Source: an uncultured Planctomycetota bacterium
GTDB taxonomy: Bacteria; Planctomycetota; PLA2; JAEUHO01
DNA: 64,000 bases
Direction of reading: 5' to 3'
Assembly (NCBI GenBank): GCA_963752285.1
Contig: CAVVXN010000005.1
Coordinates: 1,024,001 to 1,088,000 of the forward strand
Shown in pieces: positions 1 through 10,248 of the stretch. A program made the position numbers and the translations under genes. How positions within the stretch are numbered: the stretch's first letter is position 1; the number at the start of each line of letters is the position of its first letter. A model generated the notes under the pieces. That model searched no databases. It saw only the letters and a program-made list of their open reading frames with translations, and was not told the origin of the DNA.

Positions 1-264
1 GAGGAGGACCGGGACCTTTCCGTCCGCGAGCCCCTGGAGCGCCTCGGGCATCCGCCCCGGCGCGTCCCAGACGTTCCACCGGACGCCCCACGCCCCGCCT
101 TCCCTCGCGTGCCGCCGCAGGCGGTCGAGCTCGGCGCGCCGTCGATCGAGGGGGGCCGAGAGCCCGAGGTCGAGCAACCCGACCGCGCCCGCCCGGGCCG
201 CCGCGATCGCGAGTCCCGCGTCGAGGCGATGCTCCGGCGTCAGGACGACCCAGGTCGTGGACAT
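1..264 (-). CDS. N-terminal part of a gene running off the window edge; resembles the FMN enoyl-reductase/nitronate-monooxygenase-like N-terminus found in some large type I PKS proteins
   Basis: Hand translation from ATG at 264 is open to base 1: MSTTWVVLTPEHRLDAGLAIAAARAGAVGLLDLG...WGVRW. 'LAIAAARAGAVGLLDL' recalls FabK/NMO/PfaD-like domains. Not in the ORF track because there is no stop in the window. Confidence 0.5.
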   Translation of the reverse strand, partial: MSTTWVVLTPEHRLDAGLAIAAARAGAVGLLDLGLSAPLDRRRAELDRLRRHAREGGAWGVRWNVWDAPGRMPEALQGLADGKVPVLL

Positions 265-425
265 CGGCGGTCCGCTAGACGCTCCCAAGTGCCTCCCTCG
301 CCTGCCGGCCCCGGCGACCGAGTGTACCCGCCCCCCCGACCGGCCCGGGTTCAGGCGATGTCGGGGCGGCCTTCCCTTCGGGCCCGGCGGGCGCGGCGCG
401 ATCATCCCCGGCTCGGGAGACCTCG

Positions 426-3400
426 ATGGACACGCGCGTAAGGCAGCGGAAGACCGACCGGATCGAGCAGGTCGTGGCCCAGCTCTCGGAGCGCTGGGAC
501 GCAGCCGAGCGGGACCAGGTCGAGGCGTTCGTGCGCGCCTTCTACCGCGGCGTCCCGCCCGCCGACGTGGCCGACGCCTCGGCGGAGACCCTCTACGGGG
601 CGGCGATCGCCGTCTGGCGCTTCTCGGAGCTGAGGGAGCCCGGCCACGCCAAGGTCCGGGTCTACACCCCCACCAGCGACGAGCACGGATGGGACTCGCC
701 CCACACGGTCGTCGAGATCGTGAACGCCGACATGCCCTTCCTCGTGGACTCCGTTACCGCCGAGCTCCAGCACCTCGACGCGGAGGTGGCGCTCGTGATC
801 CACCCCCTCCTCGACGTGGCCCGCGACGCCGAGGGCCACCGGGTCGCGATCGGCGAGGCGGCGATGGGCCACCCCGGCGTCCGCCGCGAGTCCTGGATGC
901 AGATCCAGGTCCGGGCCCAGCCCCATTCCCAGCACGCGGAGATGGCCCGCGCCGTCGAGTCGGCCCTCGCGGACGTCCGCGCGGCGGTCGAGGACTGGGC
1001 GGAGATGCTCGAGCGGACCCACGCGCTGGCCGCGGAGCTCCGGTCGAAGGCCGGCGGCGACGGCGAGGCCGAGGACGCCGCGTTCCTCGAGTGGCTGACC
1101 GAGGACTTCTTCACCTTCCTCGGCTACCGGGAGTACGCCTTCACGCCCCAGGACGGAACGTGGCTCGGCACGGTCCTCGAGCCGACCGGGCTCGGCCTCC
1201 TGCGCGCGAGCGAGGCCCGCGTGTTCGACGGCCTGCTCGGGGGTGGGCTCGTCCCGCCCGACGTCGTCGCCTTCCTCGGCGAACCGGATCGCGTCAGGGT
1301 CACGAAGGCGAACCGGCGCTCCACGGTCCACCGTCCCGTGCTCCTCGACACGATCTCCGTGAAGCGACTCGACGACGAGGGGCGGGTGGTCGGGTGTCAC
1401 GTGCTCGTGGGCCTCTTCGCCTCGCGCGCGTACGCGGCGAGCCCGTGGAACGTGCCGATCCTCCGGCAGAAGGTCGGACGGGTCCTCGCGCGGGCCAACG
1501 TCCCGCCCGACACGCACGACGGGCGCGCGCTGCTCCACATCCTCACGTCGTTCCCGCGCGACGAGCTGTTCCAGATCACGGAGTCCGAGCTCGAGGCGGC
1601 GGCGTTCGGGATCCTCGACCTGCAGGAGCGTCCGCGCATCGCGCTCTTCGCGCGCGCAGACCCGTTCGAACGGTTCGTCTCGTGCCTCGTCTTCGCGCCG
1701 CGCGAGCGGTACGACACGGCGCTCCGGCTGCGCTTCCAGGACGTCCTCACGACCGCGTGGCGCGGGCACATCGCCTCGTACCACACCCAGCTCGACGACT
1801 CGCCCCTGGTCCGCCTGCACTTCACGATCGAGACCACGCCGGGCCAGGTCCCCGTCACCGACGTCACCGAGGTGGAGGACCTCCTCGTCGAGGCGGGGCG
1901 CTCGTGGGGCGACCGCCTCCAGTCCGCGCTCGTCGAGGTGCGCGGCGAGGAGCAGGGCATCCGCTGGTTCCGGCGCTACGGCCAGGCCTTCCCGGCGGCG
2001 TACCGCGAGACGTTTCACGCGCACGAGGCGGTGGCCGACGTCGCACACGTGGAGGCCGCGCTCGCGAACGGCGGGCTCGCGCTGAACCTCTACCGCCCGC
2101 TCGAGGCGCCGGAGCACCTGCTCCACTTCAAGATCTACGCGCTCGGCGCGCCGCTGCCGCTCTCCAACGTGCTGCCCATGCTCGAGAACATGGGGTTCCT
2201 CGTGCTGGGCGAGGAGCCGTACCGCCTCCGCCCGACCGACCTCGACCGGCCCTTCTGGATTCGCGACCTCGTGCTCGAGACGGCGGCTCCGGGGTCGGTG
2301 GACCTCGACCGCGTGCGCGGTCCCTTCCACGAGGCGTTCGCGCAGCTCTGGAAGGGCGAGCTCGAGAACGACGGCTTCAACCGCCTGGTCCTCCTGGCGG
2401 GTCTCTCCGCGCGCGAGGTGACGGTGCTCCGCGCGTACTGCAAGTACCTCCGCCAGGCGCGAATGCCCTTCAGCCAGGCGTACGTGGAGCAGACCCTCTC
2501 CAGCGAGCCCGAGATCGCGAAGCGGCTCGTGGACCTGTTCTACGCGCGACTCGACCCGGAACGACGGGACGGCGGCGCGACCGAGGAGGGCGAGATCGTC
2601 GAGGAGGTACGCCGCCTCCTCGACCGCGTCTCGAACCTCGACATGGACCGCATCATCCGGCGCTATCTCGAGACGATCGGCGCCACCCTGCGGACGAACT
2701 ACTTCCAGCCCGACGCGAGCGGGGCGCCGAAGGCCTACCTTTCGTTCAAGCTCGACTCCCGCCGCATCACGAGTCTCCCGCAGCCGCGCCCGTACCGCGA
2801 GATCTTCGTGTACAGCCCGCGCGTGGAGGCCGTCCACCTGCGGGGCGGCAAGGTGGCGCGCGGCGGGATCCGATGGAGCGACCGTCCCGAGGACTTCCGC
2901 ACGGAGGTGCTCGGCCTCATGAAGGCGCAGATGGTGAAGAACGCCGTCATCGTCCCGGTCGGGTCGAAGGGCGGGTTCTTCGTCAAGCGCCCGCCGGCTC
3001 CCGACGCGGGACGCGAGGCGCTCACCGAGGAGGTGGTCGCCTGCTACCGCACGCTGATGCGCGGCCTCCTCGACCTGACCGACAACCTCGAGGGCGCGGC
3101 CGTACGACCGCCCCTCCACGTCGTCCGGCACGACGAGGACGACCCGTACCTCGTCGTGGCCGCCGACAAGGGGACGGCGACGTTCAGCGACATCGCGAAC
3201 GGGATCTCGTCGGACTACGGGTTCTGGCTCGACGACGCGTTCGCTTCGGGCGGGTCGGCCGGCTACGACCACAAGAAGATGGGCATCACGGCGCGGGGCG
3301 CCTGGGAGTGCGTGCGGCGGCACTTCCGCGAGATGGGCAAGGACATCCAGTCCGAGGACTTCACGGTCGTCGGCGTGGGCGACATGTCGGGCGACGTGTT

Positions 3401-5255
3401 CGGCAACGGGATGCTCCTCTCCGAGCACATCCGGTTGCTCGGCGCGTTCGACCACCGACACGTCTTCGTGGACCCCGATCCCGACCCGGCGGCCTCCCTC
3501 GCCGAACGGCGCCGCCTCTTCGACCTCCCCCGCTCCTCGTGGGAGGACTACGACCGGTCCCGGATCTCGCGCGGCGGCGGGGTGTTCGAGCGGTCCGCGA
3601 AGTCGGTCCCCGTGTCTGCCGAGATGCGCGCGTGCTTCGACATCCAGGCCGACACGGTGACGCCGGCCGAGCTGATGCACGCCCTCCTCGGGGCCGACGT
3701 CGAGCTCCTCTGGCTCGGCGGCATCGGCACCTACGTGAAGTCCACCTCCGAGAGCCACGCCGACGCCGGCGACCGCGCGAACGACGCGATCCGCATCGAC
3801 GCGACGGAGCTCCGCGTCAAGGTCGTCGGCGAGGGCGCGAACCTCGGCCTCACCCAGCGGGGCCGGATCCAGGCGGCGCTCGGAGGGGTCCGGCTGAACA
3901 CGGACGCGCTCGACAACTCGGCCGGCGTGGACTGCTCGGACCACGAGGTGAACATCAAGATCCTGCTGGGCGAGGTCGAGCGGGCCGGCGAGATCACGCG
4001 CACGCAGCGCGACCACCTGCTCCACGAGATGACCGACGAGGTCGGCGAGCTGGTGCTGCGCGACAACGACCTCCAGTCCCAGGCCCTGAGCGTGGCCCAG
4101 CAGAAGGGCGTCGCCGGGCTCGACCCCGTGGGTCGGTTCATGCGCGCGCTCGAGAAGGAGGGCCGCCTCGACCGGGCGCTCGAGTTCCTGCCGAGCGACG
4201 AGACGCTCGCGGAGCGCCTGAAGAACCGCGTGGGCCTGACGAGACCCGAGCTCGCCGTGCTCCTCGCCTACGCGAAGATCGTGCTCTACGACGAGCTCCT
4301 CGCCTCGTCCCTGCCCGACGACCCGTGGATGGCCGAGGAGCTCGCGCACTACTTCCCACGGCCGCTCCGGGAGGCGCACGGCGCCGCGATCCCGCGACAC
4401 CGTCTCCGCCGCGAGATCGTGGCGACGGTGGTGACGAACGCGATGCTCAACCGCGTGGACCTGACGTTCGTCCACGACGCGAAGGAGAAGACGGGTCTCC
4501 CGGCCGCGGACGTGGCACGCGCGTGGCTCGCGGCCCGGGACGTCTTCGACCTGCCCGCCGTCTGGCGCCAGATCGAGGACCCCGAGATGGCGATCCCCGC
4601 CGCGGTCCAGGCCGAGATGCTCGCCGAGACCTCCCGCCTCCTCGAGCACGCGGTGCTCTGGATGGCCCAAAACCTCCCCCGCCCGCTCGACGTGCCGGCC
4701 ACCGTGGCCTCGTACGGCGCGGGCGTGCGCGAGCTCTCGGACCACCTGGACGCGCTCCTTCCGGAGTCGCACCGGCACGACCGCGACCTCCGCGCGATCC
4801 GGTACGTCGAGCGCGGCGCGCCGCGGGGCCTCGCCGAGCGCGTCGCCGGCCTCGAGGCCCTCGAGCCCGCGTGCGACGTCGTGCGCATCGCCGCGGCCGC
4901 CGAGGTCAGCGTCCAGCGCGCGGCCGAGGTCTACTACGCGGTCGGCGAGGCGTTCGGCTTCGACTGGCTTCACCGGGTCGCCGCCCGCCTGCCCGCGGAC
5001 TCCTCGTGGGAGAAGCTCGCGGTCCTCGCGCTCGGCGACGACCTCTACGCGCACCAGGGCGCGCTGACCACGAGCGTGCTGCTCGTGCCCCCCGACGACC
5101 TGCCCCCCGCCGAGGCCATCCGGCGCTGGACGGAGGGCCGGGAGGCGATCGTCGAGCGCACGAGGCGGCTCCTGCAGGAGCTCGAGACCGCGGCGCGGCC
5201 CGACCTCGCGATGGTCGCGGTCGCCGCGCGTCACCTCAAGGGGATGGCGGGCTGA
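426..5255 (+). CDS. gdh: Large NAD-specific glutamate dehydrogenase (bacterial ~180 kDa type)
   Basis: 1609 aa; motifs RGGKVARGGIRWSDR, KNAVIVPVGSKGGF, DPYLVVAADKGTATFSD, GVGDMSGDVFGNGML, EGANLG. Confidence 0.97.
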   Translation: MDTRVRQRKTDRIEQVVAQLSERWDAAERDQVEAFVRAFYRGVPPADVADASAETLYGAAIAVWRFSELREPGHAKVRVYTPTSDEHGWDSPHTVVEIVNADMPFLVDSVTAELQHLDAEVALVIHPLLDVARDAEGHRVAIGEAAMGHPGVRRESWMQIQVRAQPHSQHAEMARAVESALADVRAAVEDWAEMLERTHALAAELRSKAGGDGEAEDAAFLEWLTEDFFTFLGYREYAFTPQDGTWLGTVLEPTGLGLLRASEARVFDGLLGGGLVPPDVVAFLGEPDRVRVTKANRRSTVHRPVLLDTISVKRLDDEGRVVGCHVLVGLFASRAYAASPWNVPILRQKVGRVLARANVPPDTHDGRALLHILTSFPRDELFQITESELEAAAFGILDLQERPRIALFARADPFERFVSCLVFAPRERYDTALRLRFQDVLTTAWRGHIASYHTQLDDSPLVRLHFTIETTPGQVPVTDVTEVEDLLVEAGRSWGDRLQSALVEVRGEEQGIRWFRRYGQAFPAAYRETFHAHEAVADVAHVEAALANGGLALNLYRPLEAPEHLLHFKIYALGAPLPLSNVLPMLENMGFLVLGEEPYRLRPTDLDRPFWIRDLVLETAAPGSVDLDRVRGPFHEAFAQLWKGELENDGFNRLVLLAGLSAREVTVLRAYCKYLRQARMPFSQAYVEQTLSSEPEIAKRLVDLFYARLDPERRDGGATEEGEIVEEVRRLLDRVSNLDMDRIIRRYLETIGATLRTNYFQPDASGAPKAYLSFKLDSRRITSLPQPRPYREIFVYSPRVEAVHLRGGKVARGGIRWSDRPEDFRTEVLGLMKAQMVKNAVIVPVGSKGGFFVKRPPAPDAGREALTEEVVACYRTLMRGLLDLTDNLEGAAVRPPLHVVRHDEDDPYLVVAADKGTATFSDIANGISSDYGFWLDDAFASGGSAGYDHKKMGITARGAWECVRRHFREMGKDIQSEDFTVVGVGDMSGDVFGNGMLLSEHIRLLGAFDHRHVFVDPDPDPAASLAERRRLFDLPRSSWEDYDRSRISRGGGVFERSAKSVPVSAEMRACFDIQADTVTPAELMHALLGADVELLWLGGIGTYVKSTSESHADAGDRANDAIRIDATELRVKVVGEGANLGLTQRGRIQAALGGVRLNTDALDNSAGVDCSDHEVNIKILLGEVERAGEITRTQRDHLLHEMTDEVGELVLRDNDLQSQALSVAQQKGVAGLDPVGRFMRALEKEGRLDRALEFLPSDETLAERLKNRVGLTRPELAVLLAYAKIVLYDELLASSLPDDPWMAEELAHYFPRPLREAHGAAIPRHRLRREIVATVVTNAMLNRVDLTFVHDAKEKTGLPAADVARAWLAARDVFDLPAVWRQIEDPEMAIPAAVQAEMLAETSRLLEHAVLWMAQNLPRPLDVPATVASYGAGVRELSDHLDALLPESHRHDRDLRAIRYVERGAPRGLAERVAGLEALEPACDVVRIAAAAEVSVQRAAEVYYAVGEAFGFDWLHRVAARLPADSSWEKLAVLALGDDLYAHQGALTTSVLLVPPDDLPPAEAIRRWTEGREAIVERTRRLLQELETAARPDLAMVAVAARHLKGMAG

Positions 5256-5808
5256 CGCCGCGCGCCGCCGGTTTCCTCCGGCGGCGCGCGCGGAGCCCGT
5301 GGAGCACGACGAGAGCGACGCCGACGGGGACCCAGATCCCCGCCAGCTCCGTCCCGAACACGTGCATCCCCCGGGCCGTGAAGAACCCGGACACCGAGAG
5401 CGGCGCGACCGGGATCGGCCGCCACGCGAAGAAGGAGCGGGCGCGCGAGAAGGGCGCGAGGAACGCGATCCCGCTCCCGCCGTCGGTCATCGCGTCGAGC
5501 GCGCCGTGGGTCGCGATCGCCAGGACGAGTGCCAGGGCCGCGCGGGCCCGCGACGGCCGGGGGCGGGGTCGGAGGAGGAGCGCCGTCGCGACGCCGACGA
5601 CGACGGCGAACGCGATCGAGTGCGTGAGCCCGCGGTGCGAGAGGAGGTCGCCGCGGCGCGCGTGGAGCGCGCGCATCAGGAGCACGTCCGCGTCGGGCAG
5701 CGCCGCCCACGCGGCGCCGAGGAGGAGGAGCCGGGGCGCGGCCCGCCGGCCCGCGACGACGTCCACGGTCGCGAGGCCCACCAGCGCGTGCGTCGGGATG
5801 GTGGCCAC
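5236..5808 (-). CDS. Membrane-associated metal-dependent hydrolase (YdjM/LexA-binding family)
   Basis: Motifs PTHA, LPDAD, HRGLTHS, HGALDAMT.GG.G; hydrophobic segments. Confidence 0.85.
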   Translation of the reverse strand: MATIPTHALVGLATVDVVAGRRAAPRLLLLGAAWAALPDADVLLMRALHARRGDLLSHRGLTHSIAFAVVVGVATALLLRPRPRPSRARAALALVLAIATHGALDAMTDGGSGIAFLAPFSRARSFFAWRPIPVAPLSVSGFFTARGMHVFGTELAGIWVPVGVALVVLHGLRARRRRKPAARGVSPPSP

Positions 5809-5905
5809 GTGCGGAGGCTACGCACGCGTCCGGGGCAGGGCGCGCGCCGATCCCCCGCCACGCGGGGCTCCCCCCGGTCGCCGCGCGGGCCCGCGCGCTC
5901 CGGCG

Positions 5906-7513
5906 CTACTGCTCGCCCTTGCAGGGCGGCGGCGCGAGGCCGTTCGCGCGGGGCGCCGCCGCGCCGTACGGCGTCGTGTAGACCTCGCCCTCCTCGTTCG
6001 ACGCGTCGTGCCAGATCCGGTCGCGGAGCGCCTGCATCGCGGCGCAGAGGCAGGGGTCGAAGACCTGGTCCGGGGGGATCCGTCCGGTCCCCTTGCCGAG
6101 GTCCTCCTTCTCGCCCGGGTCGAACCAGAGGTCGTACGCCTCCTCGCGGACCTGACCCGTCGCGAGGTCGAACGTGGCGATGTACTTCCAGCGGGCCGTC
6201 CGGGCGGAGAGACGGACCGCGTCCACGTCCTCGCCGGTGTTCACCTGCGTGAGGCGCTCCTCCGAGATCACGGGGCGGCACCACGTGCTGCCGTCGAGCA
6301 CGGACATCGCGGAGCGTCCCTGGATGCCCTCGAGCGGCGCGAGCCCCGCCCACGCGAAGTACGTCGGGAGGACGTCCACGAGCCCCACCTCGGCCCGGAC
6401 CACGTGGCCGCCCTGGAACGGCGGCGGCCCGACCATGACGAGCGGCACGCGCACCACCTCGTCGTACAGGAACAGTCCGTGCGCCAGGTTTCCATGCTCG
6501 CCGAACGCCTCGCCGTGGTCGGCCGTGACCACGACGAGCGTGTTCTCGAGCAGGCCCTGCTTCTCGAGCGACTCGTACGCGCGCTCGAGCTGGCCGTCCA
6601 CCCAGGTGACGCCGTCGAAGTACGCGGTCCGGAGCTCCGTGGCGAGCTCCGGCTTGGGGTCCTTGCCGTAGCCGCTGTACTTGTAGCGCTGGAGGACCTC
6701 GCCGAGCGCGGGTCCCCCGCGCGCCAGGGTGAGCGCATAGCTCTCCTCGGCGTCGAGGGAGCAGGCGCGGAAGAGGTCGGCCGGCGACGCGTCGTCCCGG
6801 AACAGCTCCGGGTGCCGCTCGACGGGGTGGATCGACCCGTTCGGCCAGGGGTGGTTCTTCTCCCCGTACGGATCGTGCGCCTCGTACGTGTGGAGCAGGA
6901 GGAAGAACGGCTTCGACCGGTCCCGCGTCCGGCTCCACCGCGCCACGGCGCCTGCGGTGTCGGGGAACGAGAAGGTCGTCCGCTTGTGCCGGAACCCCTG
7001 GAGCAGGCTGTCGCCGCTGCGCTGGAACCACGTCCCGTTGACGAACGCCGCGGTGTCGTATCCGTAGCCGTTCGAGAGGATCTCCGCGAACGTCGTGATC
7101 GCCTCGGGGAGGTTCCAGTCGGCGAGCACCTGGTACTGTCCGTGCTCGCTCGGGAGGAGCCCCGTGAGGAGGCTGGTCATCGACGGGAGGGTCCACGGCG
7201 CCGCGGCGGTCGCGCTCGTGAACCGGACCCCCCGCTCCGCCAGGGACGCGAGGAACGGCATGTGGCCCTCGCCGCCCGCCGTCTCCTCCACCGCGGGGAG
7301 CGCGTCGGCCCGGAGCGCGTCGATCACGATCACGATCAGGTTCGGCGGGTGCTTCGGCGCGGTCACCCCCTCGACGCGCCGGCCCTCCTGGTCGTAGGCG
7401 TGCCCCCCGGGGGCGGGCGTCCGGCGGCCACAGCCGAACGTGAGCGCCACCAGGAGGAGCGCGGCGCGCGCGGTCCGGGTCCCGATCGTGAACCGTGCGG
7501 TCCGGTCCGGCAC
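5906..7513 (-). CDS. Sulfatase-like alkaline-phosphatase-superfamily lipoprotein (paralog 1)
   Basis: GGAGG then GTG at 7513; lipobox-like LTFGC; PNLIVIVIDALRAD, WTLPSMTSLLTG, PFFLLLHTYEAHDPY, TADHGEAFGEHG. Confidence 0.85.
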   Translation of the reverse strand: MPDRTARFTIGTRTARAALLLVALTFGCGRRTPAPGGHAYDQEGRRVEGVTAPKHPPNLIVIVIDALRADALPAVEETAGGEGHMPFLASLAERGVRFTSATAAAPWTLPSMTSLLTGLLPSEHGQYQVLADWNLPEAITTFAEILSNGYGYDTAAFVNGTWFQRSGDSLLQGFRHKRTTFSFPDTAGAVARWSRTRDRSKPFFLLLHTYEAHDPYGEKNHPWPNGSIHPVERHPELFRDDASPADLFRACSLDAEESYALTLARGGPALGEVLQRYKYSGYGKDPKPELATELRTAYFDGVTWVDGQLERAYESLEKQGLLENTLVVVTADHGEAFGEHGNLAHGLFLYDEVVRVPLVMVGPPPFQGGHVVRAEVGLVDVLPTYFAWAGLAPLEGIQGRSAMSVLDGSTWCRPVISEERLTQVNTGEDVDAVRLSARTARWKYIATFDLATGQVREEAYDLWFDPGEKEDLGKGTGRIPPDQVFDPCLCAAMQALRDRIWHDASNEEGEVYTTPYGAAAPRANGLAPPPCKGEQ

Positions 7514-7686
7514 GTGGCGTGACCTCCACCCGGGAGCGTACCGCTCCCGTCGGGACCCTGGCCGCAAACCCGGGACCGGACCGACCCGGCCGGGGCGGGC
7601 CTGGCCCCTCGCGCCCCGGTCCCGACCGGTGGTGGCGACGGGCTGGAAACCGGGTACCCACCGGCTGCCCAGGCGGTTCGACCCGG

Positions 7687-8841
7687 TCAGAGGTCCTCGA
7701 GGAAGCGGATCAGCGCGTCCCGCTCGGCCGGGGAGAGCGCGGTGTAGGCGTTCCGGACGGCGAGCGCCTCGCCGTCGTGGAGCGCGATGGCCTCCGCGAG
7801 CGTCTCGGCCCGCCCGTCGTGCAGGTACGGCGCCGTGGACGCGACGCCCCAGAGGGGCGGCGTGCGGTACACCCCCGCCTCGGCGCCGGGCTCGGCCATC
7901 CCCCGGAAGCCCGCCCCCATCACGCGGTGGAGGAGGAGGTCCGAGTAGAGCCGCACGGGTACGCCCTGGTCGTCGAGGAGCGACGGGACGTGGCACTTCG
8001 CGCAGCCGACGCTCGTGAAGAGCGCCTCGCCCTGGGCCACGGCGGGATCCTGCGAGCCCGTCCTCGGCGGCGGCGCGAGGTTGCGGAGGAAGAAGCCGAG
8101 GTCTCCGACTCGCGTCTCGTCGATCTCCGGGTCGGGGGCGAGGTCGGCGTCCGTCCGGAGCCCGAATCCACGCCCGACGTCCGCCGTCGTGATGCCGCAC
8201 TCCGTCCCGAGGGCGTCGCGCACGAAGTCGTCGATGCGGGGGATCTGCGCCTTCCAGCCGTAGCGCCCGATCTCCTCCTGCCCGGCCACCATGACCCGGC
8301 GGGCGCGGCCCGCGACGCCGTCTCCGTCGAGGTCGGAGGGGTCCTCGTTCGCGAGGATCTCGGCGTCCGGGATGTGGGCGATCCGCCCGAGCCCGAAGAG
8401 CGGCGGAGGCTGGCGCTGCTCGAACACGTCGGCCGTGCCGACGGGGTACTCCTCGCGCGTGCCGAGCGGCGGCGGCCGGAGCTTCTGGAGCACCTGGCCG
8501 CCGGGCAGGTCCTCGAACGGGCCGGCGCCGCCGTGGTCGAGCCCGAAGCGCGAGACGTTCAGCTCGAGGCCGCCCGAGCCGCCGAGGACGGGGTCGCGGT
8601 GGCAGGCGCGGCAGGAGTCCGCGTTGAAGTCCGGCGCGCCGAGGCCGTCGGCGTTCGAGAAGTCGCGGTCGAACTCCGCACGACCCTGGAGCCACCGGTC
8701 CCGGTCGGCCGACGAGAGCCCGGGGACCGGCCCGCCGGTCTGACCCGCCGGGGGCGGAGGCGGCGGCGCCGGTCCCGCCTCGACCACGAGCGCGGCGCCC
8801 AGGACGAGGAGACCGGCGAGGGCCACCCGGCCGCCTCCCAT
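7687..8841 (-). CDS. Di-heme oxidoreductase family protein (DHOR/DUF1111-like), secreted
   Basis: ATG at 8841 overlaps the upstream TGA; two CxxCH motifs (CRACH, CAKCH); YSDLLLH, YRTPPLWG, YLHDGRA. Confidence 0.88.
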   Translation of the reverse strand: MGGGRVALAGLLVLGAALVVEAGPAPPPPPPAGQTGGPVPGLSSADRDRWLQGRAEFDRDFSNADGLGAPDFNADSCRACHRDPVLGGSGGLELNVSRFGLDHGGAGPFEDLPGGQVLQKLRPPPLGTREEYPVGTADVFEQRQPPPLFGLGRIAHIPDAEILANEDPSDLDGDGVAGRARRVMVAGQEEIGRYGWKAQIPRIDDFVRDALGTECGITTADVGRGFGLRTDADLAPDPEIDETRVGDLGFFLRNLAPPPRTGSQDPAVAQGEALFTSVGCAKCHVPSLLDDQGVPVRLYSDLLLHRVMGAGFRGMAEPGAEAGVYRTPPLWGVASTAPYLHDGRAETLAEAIALHDGEALAVRNAYTALSPAERDALIRFLEDL

Positions 8842-10124
8842 CACAGCTCCTCCAGGAAAGCCAGGAGGTCGTCCTGGTCCGCGGCCGCGAGGGCCAGGAA
8901 CGCGTTCCTCGACGCCAGGGCCTCCCCGCCGTGGAGGACGACCGCCTCGCGCAGGGTGTCGGCCCGCCCGTCGTGCAGGTAGGGCGCGTGCATCGACACG
9001 CCCCACAGCGGCTGCGTCCTGAACTCGGACCCCGTGGTCGAGCCGTCGTTCGCCGAGGTCTGGGGCACGCCGAAGCTGATGCCGTCCGCGAGGTCCGGTC
9101 CCATGTCGTGCAGAAGGAGGTCGGTGTACGGCTGGATCGCCCCGCGCGGCGTTGGGAGCGACGGCACGTGGCACGCGACGCAGCCGGCCTCCTGGAAGCG
9201 CGCGGACCCGCGCGTGCCCCGCGCGTCGAGCACGGGCGTCGGCGGCGGAGCGAGGAACCGCCCGAACAGGACGAGGTCCGAGAGGTCCTGGGCGCCGAGC
9301 TCGGGGTCCTGAACGCCATCCTGGTCGATGGTCGGGTCGTTGGGGTTCGCCGAGACCTGACCGGTGCCGGGCGGAGGGATCGGCTTCGGCGAGGCGACCA
9401 ACGGGTTCGTCGTGATCCCCATCTGGTTCTGGAGCGGGCCGCGCGTGAACCGCTCGATCGTCGAGGACTGGCACTTGACGCCGAGGCGGCCGAGGTCGCC
9501 GGCGTCCGTGTTGTAGCGGCCGCTGATCCCGTCTCGGTCCAGGTCGTCGGGGTCCGCGCGCGACACGATGTCGCTCTCGGGGACCATCTCGAACAGGCCG
9601 ACCCCGAACACGGGGAGCGCGTTTCGCTGCGCGGACACCACGGGGAACCCGAGGTACGTGTCGGGGAGCGGCGTCCGCCCGCCGGTCAGGCTGAAGGTCG
9701 ATGTCGGATGCGTGGCGCCGGTCCCGTACGCGGGGATCACGGGTCCGAGGAACGGCGGCAGGGGCTGGAGCGAGCCGGAGAAGCCGTACTTCGCGAGATA
9801 GAAGTTCCGGTACCGCTTCGAGGATCCGCCCGGCATCGGCGTGCTGTGGCAGGAGGCGCAGGCGGTGGCGTTGTAGAACGGCCCGAGTCCCTCGCTCGGC
9901 CGGAACCGACGGACGAACACGGCCCGGCCGCGCTCGAACGCCTGCTGCTCGGCGGCGGTGAGTCCCGGGATGGGGTCCCCGAGCTTCTGGGCCGGCGTGG
10001 GCGGGACCGTGGGGACGGCTCCACCGCCGCCCCCGCCGCAGCCCCCGAACACGGCCGCTGCCAGGACTGCCGCCCCGAGCGCGAGTCGCCGTGCGTACGT
10101 CGCTGTCGAACAGGTGCCGGGCAA
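8841..10124 (-). CDS. Di-heme oxidoreductase family lipoprotein (DHOR/DUF1111-like)
   Basis: AGGAG then TTG at 10124; lipobox-like VFGGC; GLGPFYNATACASCH, CVACH, YTDLLLHDMG, FRTQPLWG, YLHDGRA. Confidence 0.88.
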   Translation of the reverse strand: MPGTCSTATYARRLALGAAVLAAAVFGGCGGGGGGAVPTVPPTPAQKLGDPIPGLTAAEQQAFERGRAVFVRRFRPSEGLGPFYNATACASCHSTPMPGGSSKRYRNFYLAKYGFSGSLQPLPPFLGPVIPAYGTGATHPTSTFSLTGGRTPLPDTYLGFPVVSAQRNALPVFGVGLFEMVPESDIVSRADPDDLDRDGISGRYNTDAGDLGRLGVKCQSSTIERFTRGPLQNQMGITTNPLVASPKPIPPPGTGQVSANPNDPTIDQDGVQDPELGAQDLSDLVLFGRFLAPPPTPVLDARGTRGSARFQEAGCVACHVPSLPTPRGAIQPYTDLLLHDMGPDLADGISFGVPQTSANDGSTTGSEFRTQPLWGVSMHAPYLHDGRADTLREAVVLHGGEALASRNAFLALAAADQDDLLAFLEEL

Positions 10125-10248
10125 GGGCGACTCTCCTGAACACCGGGAGTATCCCCGGCGGGGCCCCCGGTGGCAATCGGGAGACCGCCGAACCGTCACG
10201 TCGGGGGGGGCTCCCGAGGCCCGCGTCGGTATCCTCGCCCGCATCCGC

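Noticed and set aside
257..7522. 2421-aa ORF and the many other long Arg/Pro/Gly-rich or antisense ORFs in the track (e.g. 402-5234, 12934-16074, 14057-17416, 37368-40742)
   Set aside because: Shadow frames of real genes in very GC-rich DNA; low-complexity composition and no family motifs.
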